NCBI GenBank assembly: GCA_044239195.1
Contig: JBIIBV010000002.1
Location: forward strand, 274-64,273
Reading direction: 5' to 3'
Source: Sphingobacteriaceae bacterium
GTDB lineage: Bacteria > Bacteroidota > Bacteroidia > Sphingobacteriales > Sphingobacteriaceae
Length of the DNA stretch: 64,000 bases
The notes beneath the pieces were generated by a model. That model saw nothing but the letters and a program-made list of their open reading frames with translations, had not been told where the DNA came from and did not search any database. The position numbers and the translations under genes were made by a program. Positions within the stretch are counted from its first letter, which is position 1; each line of letters begins with the position of its first letter. Positions 55,900 through 64,000 of this stretch are shown here, piece after piece.

Positions 55900-55931
55900 T
55901 TTGGATTATCGGCCTAAAAATGGCATTTTTG
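55900..55931 (+). promoter_or_regulatory. candidate Bacteroidota sigma-A promoter (-33 TTTG / -7 CATTTTTG) for the riboswitch-metH transcript
   Basis: TTTG at 55900-55903, a 20-nt spacer, and CATTTTTG at 55924-55931 (7/8 match to TAnnTTTG). The predicted transcription start coincides with the 5' side of riboswitch P1. Confidence 0.4.
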
Positions 55932-55936
55932 CACTG

Positions 55937-56029
55937 CTTATAAAGAAAGACGGAGGGACTAGACCCTGCGAAGTCTTAGCAACCTGTGCTAACAAGGTGC
56001 TACATTCTATCCCGATGGGAACAGATAAG
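55937..56029 (+). promoter_or_regulatory. SAM-I (S-box) riboswitch aptamer
   Basis: CTTATAAAGAAAGACGGAGGGACTAGACCCTGCGAAGTCTTAGCAACCTGTGCTAACAAGGTGCTACATTCTATCCCGATGGGAACAGATAAG. It carries the conserved blocks UUAU..AGA, GGAGGGA, GCAACC, AGGUGCUA and AGAUAAG. P1 pairs CTTAT with ATAAG. Lies 44 nt upstream of the metH ATG. Confidence 0.88.
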
Positions 56030-56072
56030 TCAACGTCTCACAGACCGCTTCTCTTTACAAGCCAATAAACAA

Positions 56073-59000
56073 ATGAATTTAAGAGAAGAATTACATACAC
56101 GTATTTTAGTAATTGATGGCGCCATGGGCACCATGATTCAACGCTACCAGTTAACCGAGGCCGATTTTCGCGGTGAGCGCTTTGCCCAACACCCTTGCGA
56201 TTTAAAAGGCAATAACGACTTGCTCAATATCACTCGTCCCGATGTGGTAAAAGTCATTCATGCCGAATATTTAACTGCCGGTGCCGATATTATTGAAACC
56301 AATACCTTCAGTACGCAACGTATTTCTCTAGCCGATTATCAGTTGGAACCCTTGGCTTACGAATTGAGTTACGAAGGTGCCAAAATAGCTCGAGAAGTTG
56401 CGGATGCATTTACGAAACAAAATCCCAGCAAACCTCGTTTTGTGGCTGGAGCCATTGGGCCTACCAACCGCACCGCATCCATGTCGCCCGATGTAAACGA
56501 CCCCAGTTACCGGGCGGTAACCTTCGATGATTTGGTGGAAGCCTATTACGAGCAAGTAAAAGGCTTGGTAGATGGCGGTGTAGATGCCTTGCTCATTGAA
56601 ACCATTTTTGATACCTTAAATGCCAAAGCAGCCATTTTTGCCATCAAAAAATATGAAGACGTATTAAAAGCTGCTGGCAAACTCCAAGAAGAGCGCTTAG
56701 AAATTATGATTTCGGGCACCATTACCGATGCCAGCGGGCGAACCCTATCTGGCCAAACAGTAGAAGCCTTTTTACACTCCTTAAGCCATGCCAATTTATT
56801 AAGCATTGGCTTCAATTGTGCCTTGGGTGCTAAAGAAATGCGTCCGCATATTCAGGAATTATCCGAAAAATCAGCCTGCTTTATTTCGGCCTACCCCAAC
56901 GCAGGTTTACCCAACGAATTTGGCGCCTACGATGAAGTACCACATCAAACTGCTCATTTAGTAGAAGATTTTATGGCTGGCGGCTGGGTAAACATTGTGG
57001 GTGGTTGTTGTGGCACCACGCCCGAGCATATTAAATGCATTGCCGAAAAAGCACAGAAATATAGCCCACGCATTCCATCAAATCCCGAGCCTTATTTGCG
57101 ATTAAGCGGATTAGAGGCCCTGAATCTAACCCCCGAAACCAATTTTGTAAATATTGGCGAACGCACCAACATTACCGGTTCGCCCAAATTTTCGAAACTT
57201 ATTTTAAGTGGCGATTACGAGGGAGCATTAGCTGTTGCCCGCCAACAAGTAGAGGGTGGCGCACAAATTATTGATGTAAATATGGACGAAGGCATGCTCG
57301 ACTCCGAAGCGGCCATGACCAAATTTTTAAACCTCTTAGCTTCCGAACCCGATATTGCCAAACTGCCCATCATGGTCGATTCATCGAAATGGACCGTGAT
57401 TGAAAACGGCTTAAAATGTTTGCAAGGGAAGGGAATTGTAAACTCCATTTCCTTAAAAGAAGGCGAAGAAAATTTTAAAACACAAGCAAAAAAAATAGCA
57501 CAATACGGAGCAGCCGTAGTGGTTATGGCATTTGACGAAAAAGGGCAAGCCGATTCTCTACAACGCCGTATAGACATTTGTAAACGCTCTTACGATATTT
57601 TAGTAAACGATGTTGGCTTTAAGGCACAAGACATTATTTTCGACCCAAATATTCTTACAGTTGCCACCGGGCTCGAAGAACACAATAACTACGCAGTTGA
57701 TTTTATTGAGGCCACTCGTTGGATTAAACAAAACCTCCCACTAGCCAAAGTAAGTGGCGGCGTTTCCAACATATCTTTCTCTTTTAGAGGAAATAACGTG
57801 GTTCGCGAAGCCATGCACTCGGCTTTTTTATACCACGCCATTAAAGCAGGTTTAGATATGGGCATTGTAAATGCCGGCATGTTGGAAGTATACGAAGAAA
57901 TTCCAAAAGACTTATTGGCCCTGGTAGAAGATGTATTGCTTAACCGCAGGCCCGACGCCACCGAACGCTTGGTAACATTTGCCGAAAATGTAAAAGGCGT
58001 AGGCAAAACCTTAGTAAAAGACGAAGAATGGCGCAAAGCTCCTGTAGCCGAACGTTTATCGCACTCCCTCATTAAAGGCATTATCGATTATTTAGAAGAG
58101 GATGTAGAAGAAGCCCGCCAACAATACGCCAAACCACTCGAAGTCATTGAAGGTCCGCTCATGGCTGGCATGAATACCGTAGGAGATTTATTTGGCGCCG
58201 GCAAAATGTTTTTACCCCAAGTGGTAAAATCGGCACGGGTGATGAAAAAAGCTGTGGCCTATTTACAACCTTACTTAGAAGCTGAAAAAACATCGGCTCT
58301 TACCACTGCTGGCAAGGTATTGCTGGCTACTGTAAAAGGCGATGTACACGATATCGGTAAAAACATTGTGGGCGTAGTATTAGCTTGCAACAATTTCGAG
58401 GTGGTAGATCTCGGTGTAATGGTACCTACCCAAGAAATTATTCGTCGGGCTAAAGAAGAAAAAGTTGATATTATTGGATTGAGTGGACTCATTACTCCTT
58501 CACTCGATGAGATGGTGCACGTAGCCAAAGAATTGGAACGTGAAGGACTGAGCACTCCCCTACTCATTGGTGGAGCCACCACCTCCCGCATTCACACGGC
58601 GGTAAAAATTGCACCAAACTATTCGGGCGCCAGCGTACACGTACTCGATGCGTCGCGAAGTGTAGGCGTGTGCAGCACCCTCTTAAATGCCGATAAAAAA
58701 GATAGCTACATTTCCGAGCTTAAAGCAGACTATGCCCAAAGCCGAGAAACACATCTGCAAAAGCAATTAGAAAAGCCTTATGTATCCTTAGCAGATAGTC
58801 GGGCACAAAAACCCACAATCAATTGGGAAGAATACACGCCAACCAAACCTGCGTTCTTAGGCACCAAAGTATTCGATAATTTCGATTTAGAAGAACTCCT
58901 GCCTTATATCGATTGGACGCCCTTTTTCCATACTTGGGAATTAAGAGGAACCTATCCACGAATTTTAAGTGATGAGGTGGTGGGTGTAGAAGCCACCAAC

Positions 59001-59732
59001 CTATTTGCCGATGCGCAAAAATTATTAAAACGTATAATTGCAGAAAAACGCTTTACCGCAAAAGGCGTCATTGGATTTTGGGAAGCACATGCACAAGGAG
59101 ACGATGTGATTTTAGAAGATGGCACAAAACTGCATTTTTTACGCCAACAAGCAGAAAAACCTGCGGGTGAGCCCTACTATTGTCTAGCTGATTTTATAGC
59201 CCCACAAACTAGTGAGAAAACCGATTACATAGGTGCTTTTGCGGTGAGCACCGGTTTTGGTTGCGACGAGCTGGCCCAAGAGTTTGAAGCCCAACAAGAC
59301 GATTACCACAGCATTATGACGAAGGCCTTAGCCGATCGCTTAGCTGAGGCCTTTGCAGAAAAAATGCACGAATTGGTACGCACGCAGTATTGGGGCTATG
59401 CACCAAACGAGGTTTTGGATAAAGAATCCTTAATTAAAGAAAAATACCAAGGCATACGTCCGGCTCCGGGTTACCCGGCTTGCCCCGATCATACCGGAAA
59501 ACAGACCTTGTTTAATTTATTAGAAGCGGAGAAAAATACCGGCATTTCGCTCACCGAAAGCCTAGCCATGTACCCAACAGCAGCGGTAAGTGGCTATTAT
59601 TTTGCCCATCCACAAGCCCGTTATTTTGGTTTAGGGAAAATAACTAAAGAGCAAGTGAACGATTACGCTAAAAGAAAAAACTGCAGCATAGAAGAAGCCG
59701 AAAAATGGCTCAGCCCAAATTTAGCTTATTGA
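56073..59732 (+). CDS. metH: cobalamin-dependent methionine synthase
   Basis: 1219 aa from [23 protein letters not shown]. Contains the Hcy-binding, pterin-binding, B12-binding ([11 protein letters not shown]) and AdoMet activation domains. The track ORF start at 55986 lies inside the riboswitch and is rejected. Confidence 0.95.
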   Translation: MNLREELHTRILVIDGAMGTMIQRYQLTEADFRGERFAQHPCDLKGNNDLLNITRPDVVKVIHAEYLTAGADIIETNTFSTQRISLADYQLEPLAYELSYEGAKIAREVADAFTKQNPSKPRFVAGAIGPTNRTASMSPDVNDPSYRAVTFDDLVEAYYEQVKGLVDGGVDALLIETIFDTLNAKAAIFAIKKYEDVLKAAGKLQEERLEIMISGTITDASGRTLSGQTVEAFLHSLSHANLLSIGFNCALGAKEMRPHIQELSEKSACFISAYPNAGLPNEFGAYDEVPHQTAHLVEDFMAGGWVNIVGGCCGTTPEHIKCIAEKAQKYSPRIPSNPEPYLRLSGLEALNLTPETNFVNIGERTNITGSPKFSKLILSGDYEGALAVARQQVEGGAQIIDVNMDEGMLDSEAAMTKFLNLLASEPDIAKLPIMVDSSKWTVIENGLKCLQGKGIVNSISLKEGEENFKTQAKKIAQYGAAVVVMAFDEKGQADSLQRRIDICKRSYDILVNDVGFKAQDIIFDPNILTVATGLEEHNNYAVDFIEATRWIKQNLPLAKVSGGVSNISFSFRGNNVVREAMHSAFLYHAIKAGLDMGIVNAGMLEVYEEIPKDLLALVEDVLLNRRPDATERLVTFAENVKGVGKTLVKDEEWRKAPVAERLSHSLIKGIIDYLEEDVEEARQQYAKPLEVIEGPLMAGMNTVGDLFGAGKMFLPQVVKSARVMKKAVAYLQPYLEAEKTSALTTAGKVLLATVKGDVHDIGKNIVGVVLACNNFEVVDLGVMVPTQEIIRRAKEEKVDIIGLSGLITPSLDEMVHVAKELEREGLSTPLLIGGATTSRIHTAVKIAPNYSGASVHVLDASRSVGVCSTLLNADKKDSYISELKADYAQSRETHLQKQLEKPYVSLADSRAQKPTINWEEYTPTKPAFLGTKVFDNFDLEELLPYIDWTPFFHTWELRGTYPRILSDEVVGVEATNLFADAQKLLKRIIAEKRFTAKGVIGFWEAHAQGDDVILEDGTKLHFLRQQAEKPAGEPYYCLADFIAPQTSEKTDYIGAFAVSTGFGCDELAQEFEAQQDDYHSIMTKALADRLAEAFAEKMHELVRTQYWGYAPNEVLDKESLIKEKYQGIRPAPGYPACPDHTGKQTLFNLLEAEKNTGISLTESLAMYPTAAVSGYYFAHPQARYFGLGKITKEQVNDYAKRKNCSIEEAEKWLSPNLAY

Positions 59733-59816
59733 AGTTATGGGGTGTAAGTTTAAAGTTATAGGGAATAAAACAATATAAATTAAAGTTTGAGGTTAATGCT
59801 TGAAAAAGAAAAAAGC

Positions 59817-60185
59817 ATGGACTCTAACTACAAAAAATACACAGAATTAGAAGTTTGGGCAGAAGCTCGAAAATTAGTAACTAACATATATAGCCTAACC
59901 AAATCGTTCCCAAAAGAAGAACAATTTGGATTAATTATTCAGATGAGAAGATGTGTGGTTTCCATCCCTTCTAACATTGCCGAAGGATGTGGTAGAAATC
60001 ACAAAAAAGAGAGTCTTCAGTTTTTTTATATTGCAAGAGGCTCTGTATTTGAGCTAGAAACACAATTATACTTAAGCAATGATTTGCATTTTTTGAATAA
60101 AGATGAATTAACTCAAAATTTAAACCAATTAGAACTAGTAAGAAAATTACTACATGGTTTTATTAGATATTATAATCAACCCTAA
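59817..60185 (+). CDS. four-helix-bundle protein of the '23S rRNA intervening-sequence protein' (S23p / Avd-like) family
   Basis: 122 aa from the ATG at 59817. The blocks LEVW.EARKL, FPKEEQFGL..Q.RR..VSIPSNIAEG.GR and ARGS.FELETQL match this family. Confidence 0.85.
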   Translation: MDSNYKKYTELEVWAEARKLVTNIYSLTKSFPKEEQFGLIIQMRRCVVSIPSNIAEGCGRNHKKESLQFFYIARGSVFELETQLYLSNDLHFLNKDELTQNLNQLELVRKLLHGFIRYYNQP

Positions 60186-60223
60186 TACCTACAACATACT
60201 ACCTACAACTCGAAACCCATTAA

Positions 60224-61180
60224 ATGAAAATTACCGAACACATCAAAAATACCAAGGGTAAAACCTTATTCTCTTTCGAGCTGCTACCCCCTGTAAAAGG
60301 GAATAGTATCAAAGGAATTTACGATGCCATTGATCCGCTCATGGAATTCAATCCGCCTTTTATAGATGTAACCTACCACCGCGAAGATTACATTTATAAA
60401 GAACGGGAAGACGGCTTATTGGAAAAGGTATCATACCGCAAACGCCCGGGCACGGTAGCCATTTGTGCGGCCATTATGAACCGCTATAAAGTAGATGCCG
60501 TACCGCACTTAATTTGCGGTGGTTTTACCAAAGAGGAAACTGAAAATGCACTTATTGATTTACAGTTTTTAGGCATTGATAATGTATTGGTATTGCGTGG
60601 CGATGCCCGCAAAGCAGATGCTACTTTTGTGCCCACACCCGGCGGACATGCCCATGCTAGTGGCTTATTAAAACAAGTAACTCAAATGAATCAGGGTAAA
60701 TACCTGCACCAAGAACACGACGATACCTTTAAAACCGATTTTTGTGTGGGCGTTGCCGGCTATCCCGAAAAACATTTCGAATCGCCGAACTTGAAAACCG
60801 ATTTTAAATACCTGAAAAAGAAAGTGGATCTGGGGGCCGATTTTATTGTGACCCAAATGTTTTACGACGTACAAAAATATATCGATTTTGTAGATCAATG
60901 CCGCAAAAACGACATTCATGTGCCTATTATTCCGGGCCTAAAGCCCATTACTTCTTCTAAACAATTGGTTAGCCTACCCAAGCTTTTTCATATTGATGTA
61001 CCCGAAGCTTTGAGTGAGGCGGTAAGTAGCTGCAAATCGGAAGCAGAAGTGAAAGAAGTGGGCATTGAGTGGATGATTCATCAATGCCAAGAATTGGTAA
61101 AAATAGGCGCTCCGGTGCTCCATTTCTACACCATGAGTAACCCGGGACCAACCAAAAAAATTGCCGAAGCCATATTTTAA
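60224..61180 (+). CDS. metF: methylenetetrahydrofolate reductase [NAD(P)H]
   Basis: 318 aa. Contains FSFE..PP, PHL.C, VL.LRGD, DF.VTQMF(Y)D and LHFYT. Confidence 0.92.
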   Translation: MKITEHIKNTKGKTLFSFELLPPVKGNSIKGIYDAIDPLMEFNPPFIDVTYHREDYIYKEREDGLLEKVSYRKRPGTVAICAAIMNRYKVDAVPHLICGGFTKEETENALIDLQFLGIDNVLVLRGDARKADATFVPTPGGHAHASGLLKQVTQMNQGKYLHQEHDDTFKTDFCVGVAGYPEKHFESPNLKTDFKYLKKKVDLGADFIVTQMFYDVQKYIDFVDQCRKNDIHVPIIPGLKPITSSKQLVSLPKLFHIDVPEALSEAVSSCKSEAEVKEVGIEWMIHQCQELVKIGAPVLHFYTMSNPGPTKKIAEAIF

Positions 61181-61233
61181 GGTCCGTGTAGGTGCAGAGT
61201 CGCTCGTTTTCGTATTTTTGTTGAAATAGCAAC

Positions 61234-62154
61234 GTGAAAGGACTCGTTATCAAATCAACCGGCAGCTGGTACCAAATTCAAACCGAATCTGGTAAAAGTT
61301 TGGCGTGCCGCATACAAGGCAAATTCCGTTTAAAAGGGATTAAAACCACCAACCCCATTGCCGTAGGCGATTGGGTAGATGTGGAACTCGAGCCCGACCA
61401 AGAAACCGGCATTATTACCCAGTTACACGAGCGCAAAAATTACATCATTCGTAAATCGGTAAACCTTTCCAAGCAAGCGCAAATCATTGCAGCCAACCTC
61501 GATCAAGCTTTTTTAGTGGTTACCCTAGCCTCTCCCCGAACTTCTTTGGGTTTCATCGATCGTTTTTTGGTAACTGCCGAAGCGTATGAAGTTCCGGCCA
61601 ACATCATCTTTAATAAACTCGATTTATTTAGCGATGAAGGCCTAGAAATTTTGGCGGAATACAAACAAATTTATACCCAATTGGGCTATGCCTGCTACGA
61701 AGTTTCGGCCTTGGAAGGTACCAACATAAGCCACATACAAGCCTTGCTCAAAGATAAAGTGAGCCTCATTAGCGGCCACTCGGGCGTAGGAAAATCGACC
61801 TTAATTAATGCTTTGTTGCCAGATGCCGATGTGAAAACCGGCGCCATTTCCGATTGGAGCGATAAAGGCCAACATACCACCACCTTTGCCGAAATGCATC
61901 CGCTGCCCTTTGGTGGTTTTTTAATTGATACCCCTGGCATTCGGGAATTGGGTGTTTTTGACCTTTTACCCCAGGAACTCGGTCGATTATTCCCCGAATT
62001 TAGATCTCGAATGAGCGATTGTAAATTTCACAATTGCCAGCATATTAACGAACCCGGTTGTGCGGTACTCAAAGCTTTAGAAGCCGGCGACATAGAGCCA
62101 AGCCGATACGATAGTTATTTAAGTATATACCACGGAAACGAAACTAGAGTATAA
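61234..62154 (+). CDS. rsgA: ribosome small-subunit-dependent GTPase A
   Basis: GTG start. OB-fold N-terminus, circularly permuted GTPase (NKLDL...GHSGVGKSTLINAL...DTPG), and C-terminal zinc knuckle CKFHNCQHINEPGC. Confidence 0.92.
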   Translation: MKGLVIKSTGSWYQIQTESGKSLACRIQGKFRLKGIKTTNPIAVGDWVDVELEPDQETGIITQLHERKNYIIRKSVNLSKQAQIIAANLDQAFLVVTLASPRTSLGFIDRFLVTAEAYEVPANIIFNKLDLFSDEGLEILAEYKQIYTQLGYACYEVSALEGTNISHIQALLKDKVSLISGHSGVGKSTLINALLPDADVKTGAISDWSDKGQHTTTFAEMHPLPFGGFLIDTPGIRELGVFDLLPQELGRLFPEFRSRMSDCKFHNCQHINEPGCAVLKALEAGDIEPSRYDSYLSIYHGNETRV

Positions 62155-62607
62155 ATGAGAGCTGTAATTCAACGAGTAAGTCACGCCTCTTGTACCGTAG
62201 AGGGAACCATTACCGGGCAAATTGAAGCCGGCTTTTTGGTATTGCTGGGCATTGAAGATGCCGATACCAGCGAAGATGCCAGTTGGTTAGCGCAAAAAAT
62301 AGCCAATATGCGGGTGTTTTCTGATGAGCAAGGCTTAATGAACTTGGGCCTAGCCGATGTTAAAGGCCGCATCTTATTAATTTCTCAATTCACGCTTTTT
62401 GCGCAAACCAAAAAGGGCAATCGCCCGGGCTTTACTCGTGCCGCCCGACCAGAGAAAGCCATTCCCTTATACGAATTCATGAAAACAGAATTGGAGAAAC
62501 AATGCAATTCGAAAGTAGAAACGGGCATTTTTGGAGCCGATATGAAAATTAGTTTGCTTAACGATGGCCCGGTAACCATTCTCATAGATACCCAAAACAA
62601 AGAATAA
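62155..62607 (+). CDS. dtd: D-aminoacyl-tRNA deacylase
   Basis: 150 aa. Contains MRAVIQRV, SQFTL and NDGPVT. The start abuts the rsgA stop. Confidence 0.93.
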   Translation: MRAVIQRVSHASCTVEGTITGQIEAGFLVLLGIEDADTSEDASWLAQKIANMRVFSDEQGLMNLGLADVKGRILLISQFTLFAQTKKGNRPGFTRAARPEKAIPLYEFMKTELEKQCNSKVETGIFGADMKISLLNDGPVTILIDTQNKE

Positions 62608-62608
62608 A

Positions 62609-62938
62609 ATGACCCTAGAAGAAGTACAAGCCACCGTAGATAAATGGATTAAAACTACCGGCGTACGGTATTTTAACGAACTTACCAATACCGCTATTTT
62701 AATGGAAGAGGTAGGCGAAGTGGCCCGCATTATGGCCCGAAAATACGGCGAACAATCTTTTAAAAATGCTGAAGAAGAGGCGAAACTGGGCGATGAATTG
62801 GCCGATGTATTGTTTGTGCTCATTTGCTTGGCCAACCAAACGGGCGTGAACCTCACCGAGGCCCTAGAACAAAATCTCGAGAAAAAAACAACGAGAGATG
62901 CCACTCGGCATCGGAATAACGAGAAACTGAAACCTTAA
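62609..62938 (+). CDS. MazG-like nucleotide pyrophosphohydrolase (small all-alpha NTP-PPase)
   Basis: 109 aa. Contains the EE.GE....(x)..E..DELADVL. EExxE/ExxD metal motif. Confidence 0.85.
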   Translation: MTLEEVQATVDKWIKTTGVRYFNELTNTAILMEEVGEVARIMARKYGEQSFKNAEEEAKLGDELADVLFVLICLANQTGVNLTEALEQNLEKKTTRDATRHRNNEKLKP

Positions 62939-63648
62939 ATCAGTTTCACCAAACGGTCGCCATCCAATACCGGAATGCTATCAATTACATCCGTTTGTAG
63001 GCAAAAAGCAATATCGGCCTCAATATTCAATTCTTTAAGGCGTTCGCTGTGGGAAGTTTTTTTCATAAACTCATTTAAATCACCTTGGGCTAACTCGTAC
63101 AAATCGGCCACTAAAATTGCTGCGTCATCTAATTTATAGGCTTCATTTTTTAAGTGACGGGCTACTGCTCCTGCAAATAAACTATCTTCTAAATTCACCT
63201 TGTTTTTCCAACCGGCACAGAGTAATAATACATCGTGGGGTTGTGATTGTAACCAGACGCTTAAGGCACTTAAATTTAGGAATGAACCAATTACCACTTT
63301 TTTTGCTTCTCTACTTTCGTTAATGGCATGCGTGCCGTTGGTGGTGGTAAGCACAATGGTTTTTCCGGCCACTTTTTCGGCGGTATACGAAAAAGGTGAA
63401 TTGCCAAAATCGAAGCCTGCTACCACTTCGCCATTGCGCTCGGCGGCCAATAGATAGTCGGTATCTTCATACGAACGGCAAGCCTCTACCGATGCAACAG
63501 GTATAATGGCTTCGGCGCCATTGGCTAAGCCATAGCACATAGATGATGTGGCTCTAAAAATATCAATAACCACCACAATGCTTTCGCGAATATCGTGTAA
63601 ATGTAATAAGGCAGGGCTAAGGCAAACTTCTAATTTCCGTTGTTGCAT
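62935..63648 (-). CDS. 2-phosphosulfolactate phosphatase (ComB) family protein
   Basis: 237 aa. Contains VVVIDIFRATSS, the N..E family blocks and TTNGT. Its stop overlaps the mazG-like stop (convergent). Confidence 0.75.
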   Translation of the reverse strand: MQQRKLEVCLSPALLHLHDIRESIVVVIDIFRATSSMCYGLANGAEAIIPVASVEACRSYEDTDYLLAAERNGEVVAGFDFGNSPFSYTAEKVAGKTIVLTTTNGTHAINESREAKKVVIGSFLNLSALSVWLQSQPHDVLLLCAGWKNKVNLEDSLFAGAVARHLKNEAYKLDDAAILVADLYELAQGDLNEFMKKTSHSERLKELNIEADIAFCLQTDVIDSIPVLDGDRLVKLI

Positions 63649-63650
63649 GC

Positions 63651-64000
63651 TTATGCTTTGTAGAATGGAAACTTTACTACCTGCGCCTTCACCAAGTTTT
63701 CACGAATGTTGATGAATATTTCGGTACCCTCTTTCGCAAAATCGCTTTGCACATAACCCAAGCCAATGGCTTTTTGTAAAGAAGGTGATTGGGTGCCCGA
63801 AGTAACTTTTCCAATAACCTTTCCGGTAGCATCGCAAATTTCATAATCGTGACGCGGAATGCCGCGGTCAATCATTTCAAAGCCCACTAATTTCTTTTGT
63901 ATTCCTGCTTCTTTTTGAGCGGCTAAATTGCTCGAATTCACAAAATATTTAGTGAATTTAGTTATCCAACCCAAACCCGCTTCTAGTGGAGAGGTGGTAT
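63651..64000 (-). CDS. gcvT: glycine cleavage system aminomethyltransferase GcvT, C-terminal part (5' end outside the window)
   Basis: The frame is open to the window edge (..[15 protein letters not shown]..). The C-terminal barrel carries GIPR..Y.I....G..IG.VTSGT.SP.L...IGLGYV. Confidence 0.85.
   Translation of the reverse strand, partial: TTSPLEAGLGWITKFTKYFVNSSNLAAQKEAGIQKKLVGFEMIDRGIPRHDYEICDATGKVIGKVTSGTQSPSLQKAIGLGYVQSDFAKEGTEIFINIRENLVKAQVVKFPFYKA

Noticed and set aside
55986-56072. An upstream extension of metH in the ORF track (start at 55986) would add 29 residues.
   Set aside because: The extension begins inside the SAM-I aptamer and uses a non-ATG start. The conserved MetH N-terminus ([17 protein letters not shown]) begins at the ATG at 56073.
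59787-60185. Could the Avd-like four-helix-bundle gene mark a diversity-generating retroelement?
   Set aside because: No reverse transcriptase ORF exists anywhere in the window, and I saw no template/variable repeat pair near it. An isolated Avd-like gene is not enough to call a DGR.
49844-62154. Three ribosome-assembly GTPases (era, der, rsgA) within 12 kb as a possible functional island.
   Set aside because: They are separated by unrelated operons (TonB receptor/murQ, and metH/metF). era-der adjacency and rsgA-dtd adjacency are ordinary housekeeping arrangements.
62467-62904. 145-aa minus-strand ORF spanning the dtd/mazG-like junction. Similar long antisense ORFs occur at 46356-46811, 15863-16297, 11088-11501, 25904-26308, 12351-12686, 28747-29103 and 57689-58081.
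   Set aside because: Each lies fully antisense to a gene with strong family motifs. Their translations are low-complexity and Ser/Ala/Pro/Cys-rich with no recognisable motif. They are the usual shadow ORFs of well-conserved genes.

Overview
This looks like a mostly housekeeping chromosomal segment of a Bacteroidota genome. The phylum call is inferred from T9SS-type C-terminal sorting domains on two secreted peptidases, a TonB-dependent receptor, frequent ATGA or 1-4 nt gene junctions, TTTG/TAnnTTTG-like promoter boxes, and Cytophagia/Sphingobacteriia-like gene content. I call about 58 protein genes, 2 tRNAs (Glu-UUC and initiator Met-CAU), one SAM-I riboswitch, several intrinsic terminators and a few operator-like palindromes. 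The main blocks, in order: (i) a minus-strand carotenoid acyl-glycoside tailoring operon (ferredoxin, crtD-like, acyltransferase, GT2, CruF-like, ispH, hydrolase) facing a TIGR01777/photolyase operon; (ii) a marR-fadN-fadA-fadE beta-oxidation operon; (iii) a rhodanese, small TM, SPFH and unknown-protein operon abutting a rhomboid protease; (iv) a run of peptidases (M14, M1, PepT, later M61 and a 1410-aa S8); (v) glnS, an orphan B12-binding domain, a crotonase, an orphan sigma-54 response regulator and OmpA; (vi) an RND efflux triad; (vii) tRNAs, era and der; (viii) a TonB receptor, murQ and an unknown protein; (ix) SAM riboswitch, metH, a four-helix-bundle (23S IVS-protein/Avd-like) gene, and metF; (x) rsgA, dtd, mazG-like, comB-like and gcvT. 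I saw no CRISPR array, transposase, integrase, rRNA or recognisable defence island. I did not find a convincing multi-gene novel system. The most unusual items are the A+T-rich IVS-protein cassette with complementary flanking repeats wedged between metH and metF, the SPFH-linked 325-aa unknown protein, a eukaryote-like SET/post-SET protein followed by a structured 310-bp non-coding stretch, and a ferredoxin translationally coupled to a carotenoid desaturase. All family assignments come from motif recognition by eye; no database search was run.
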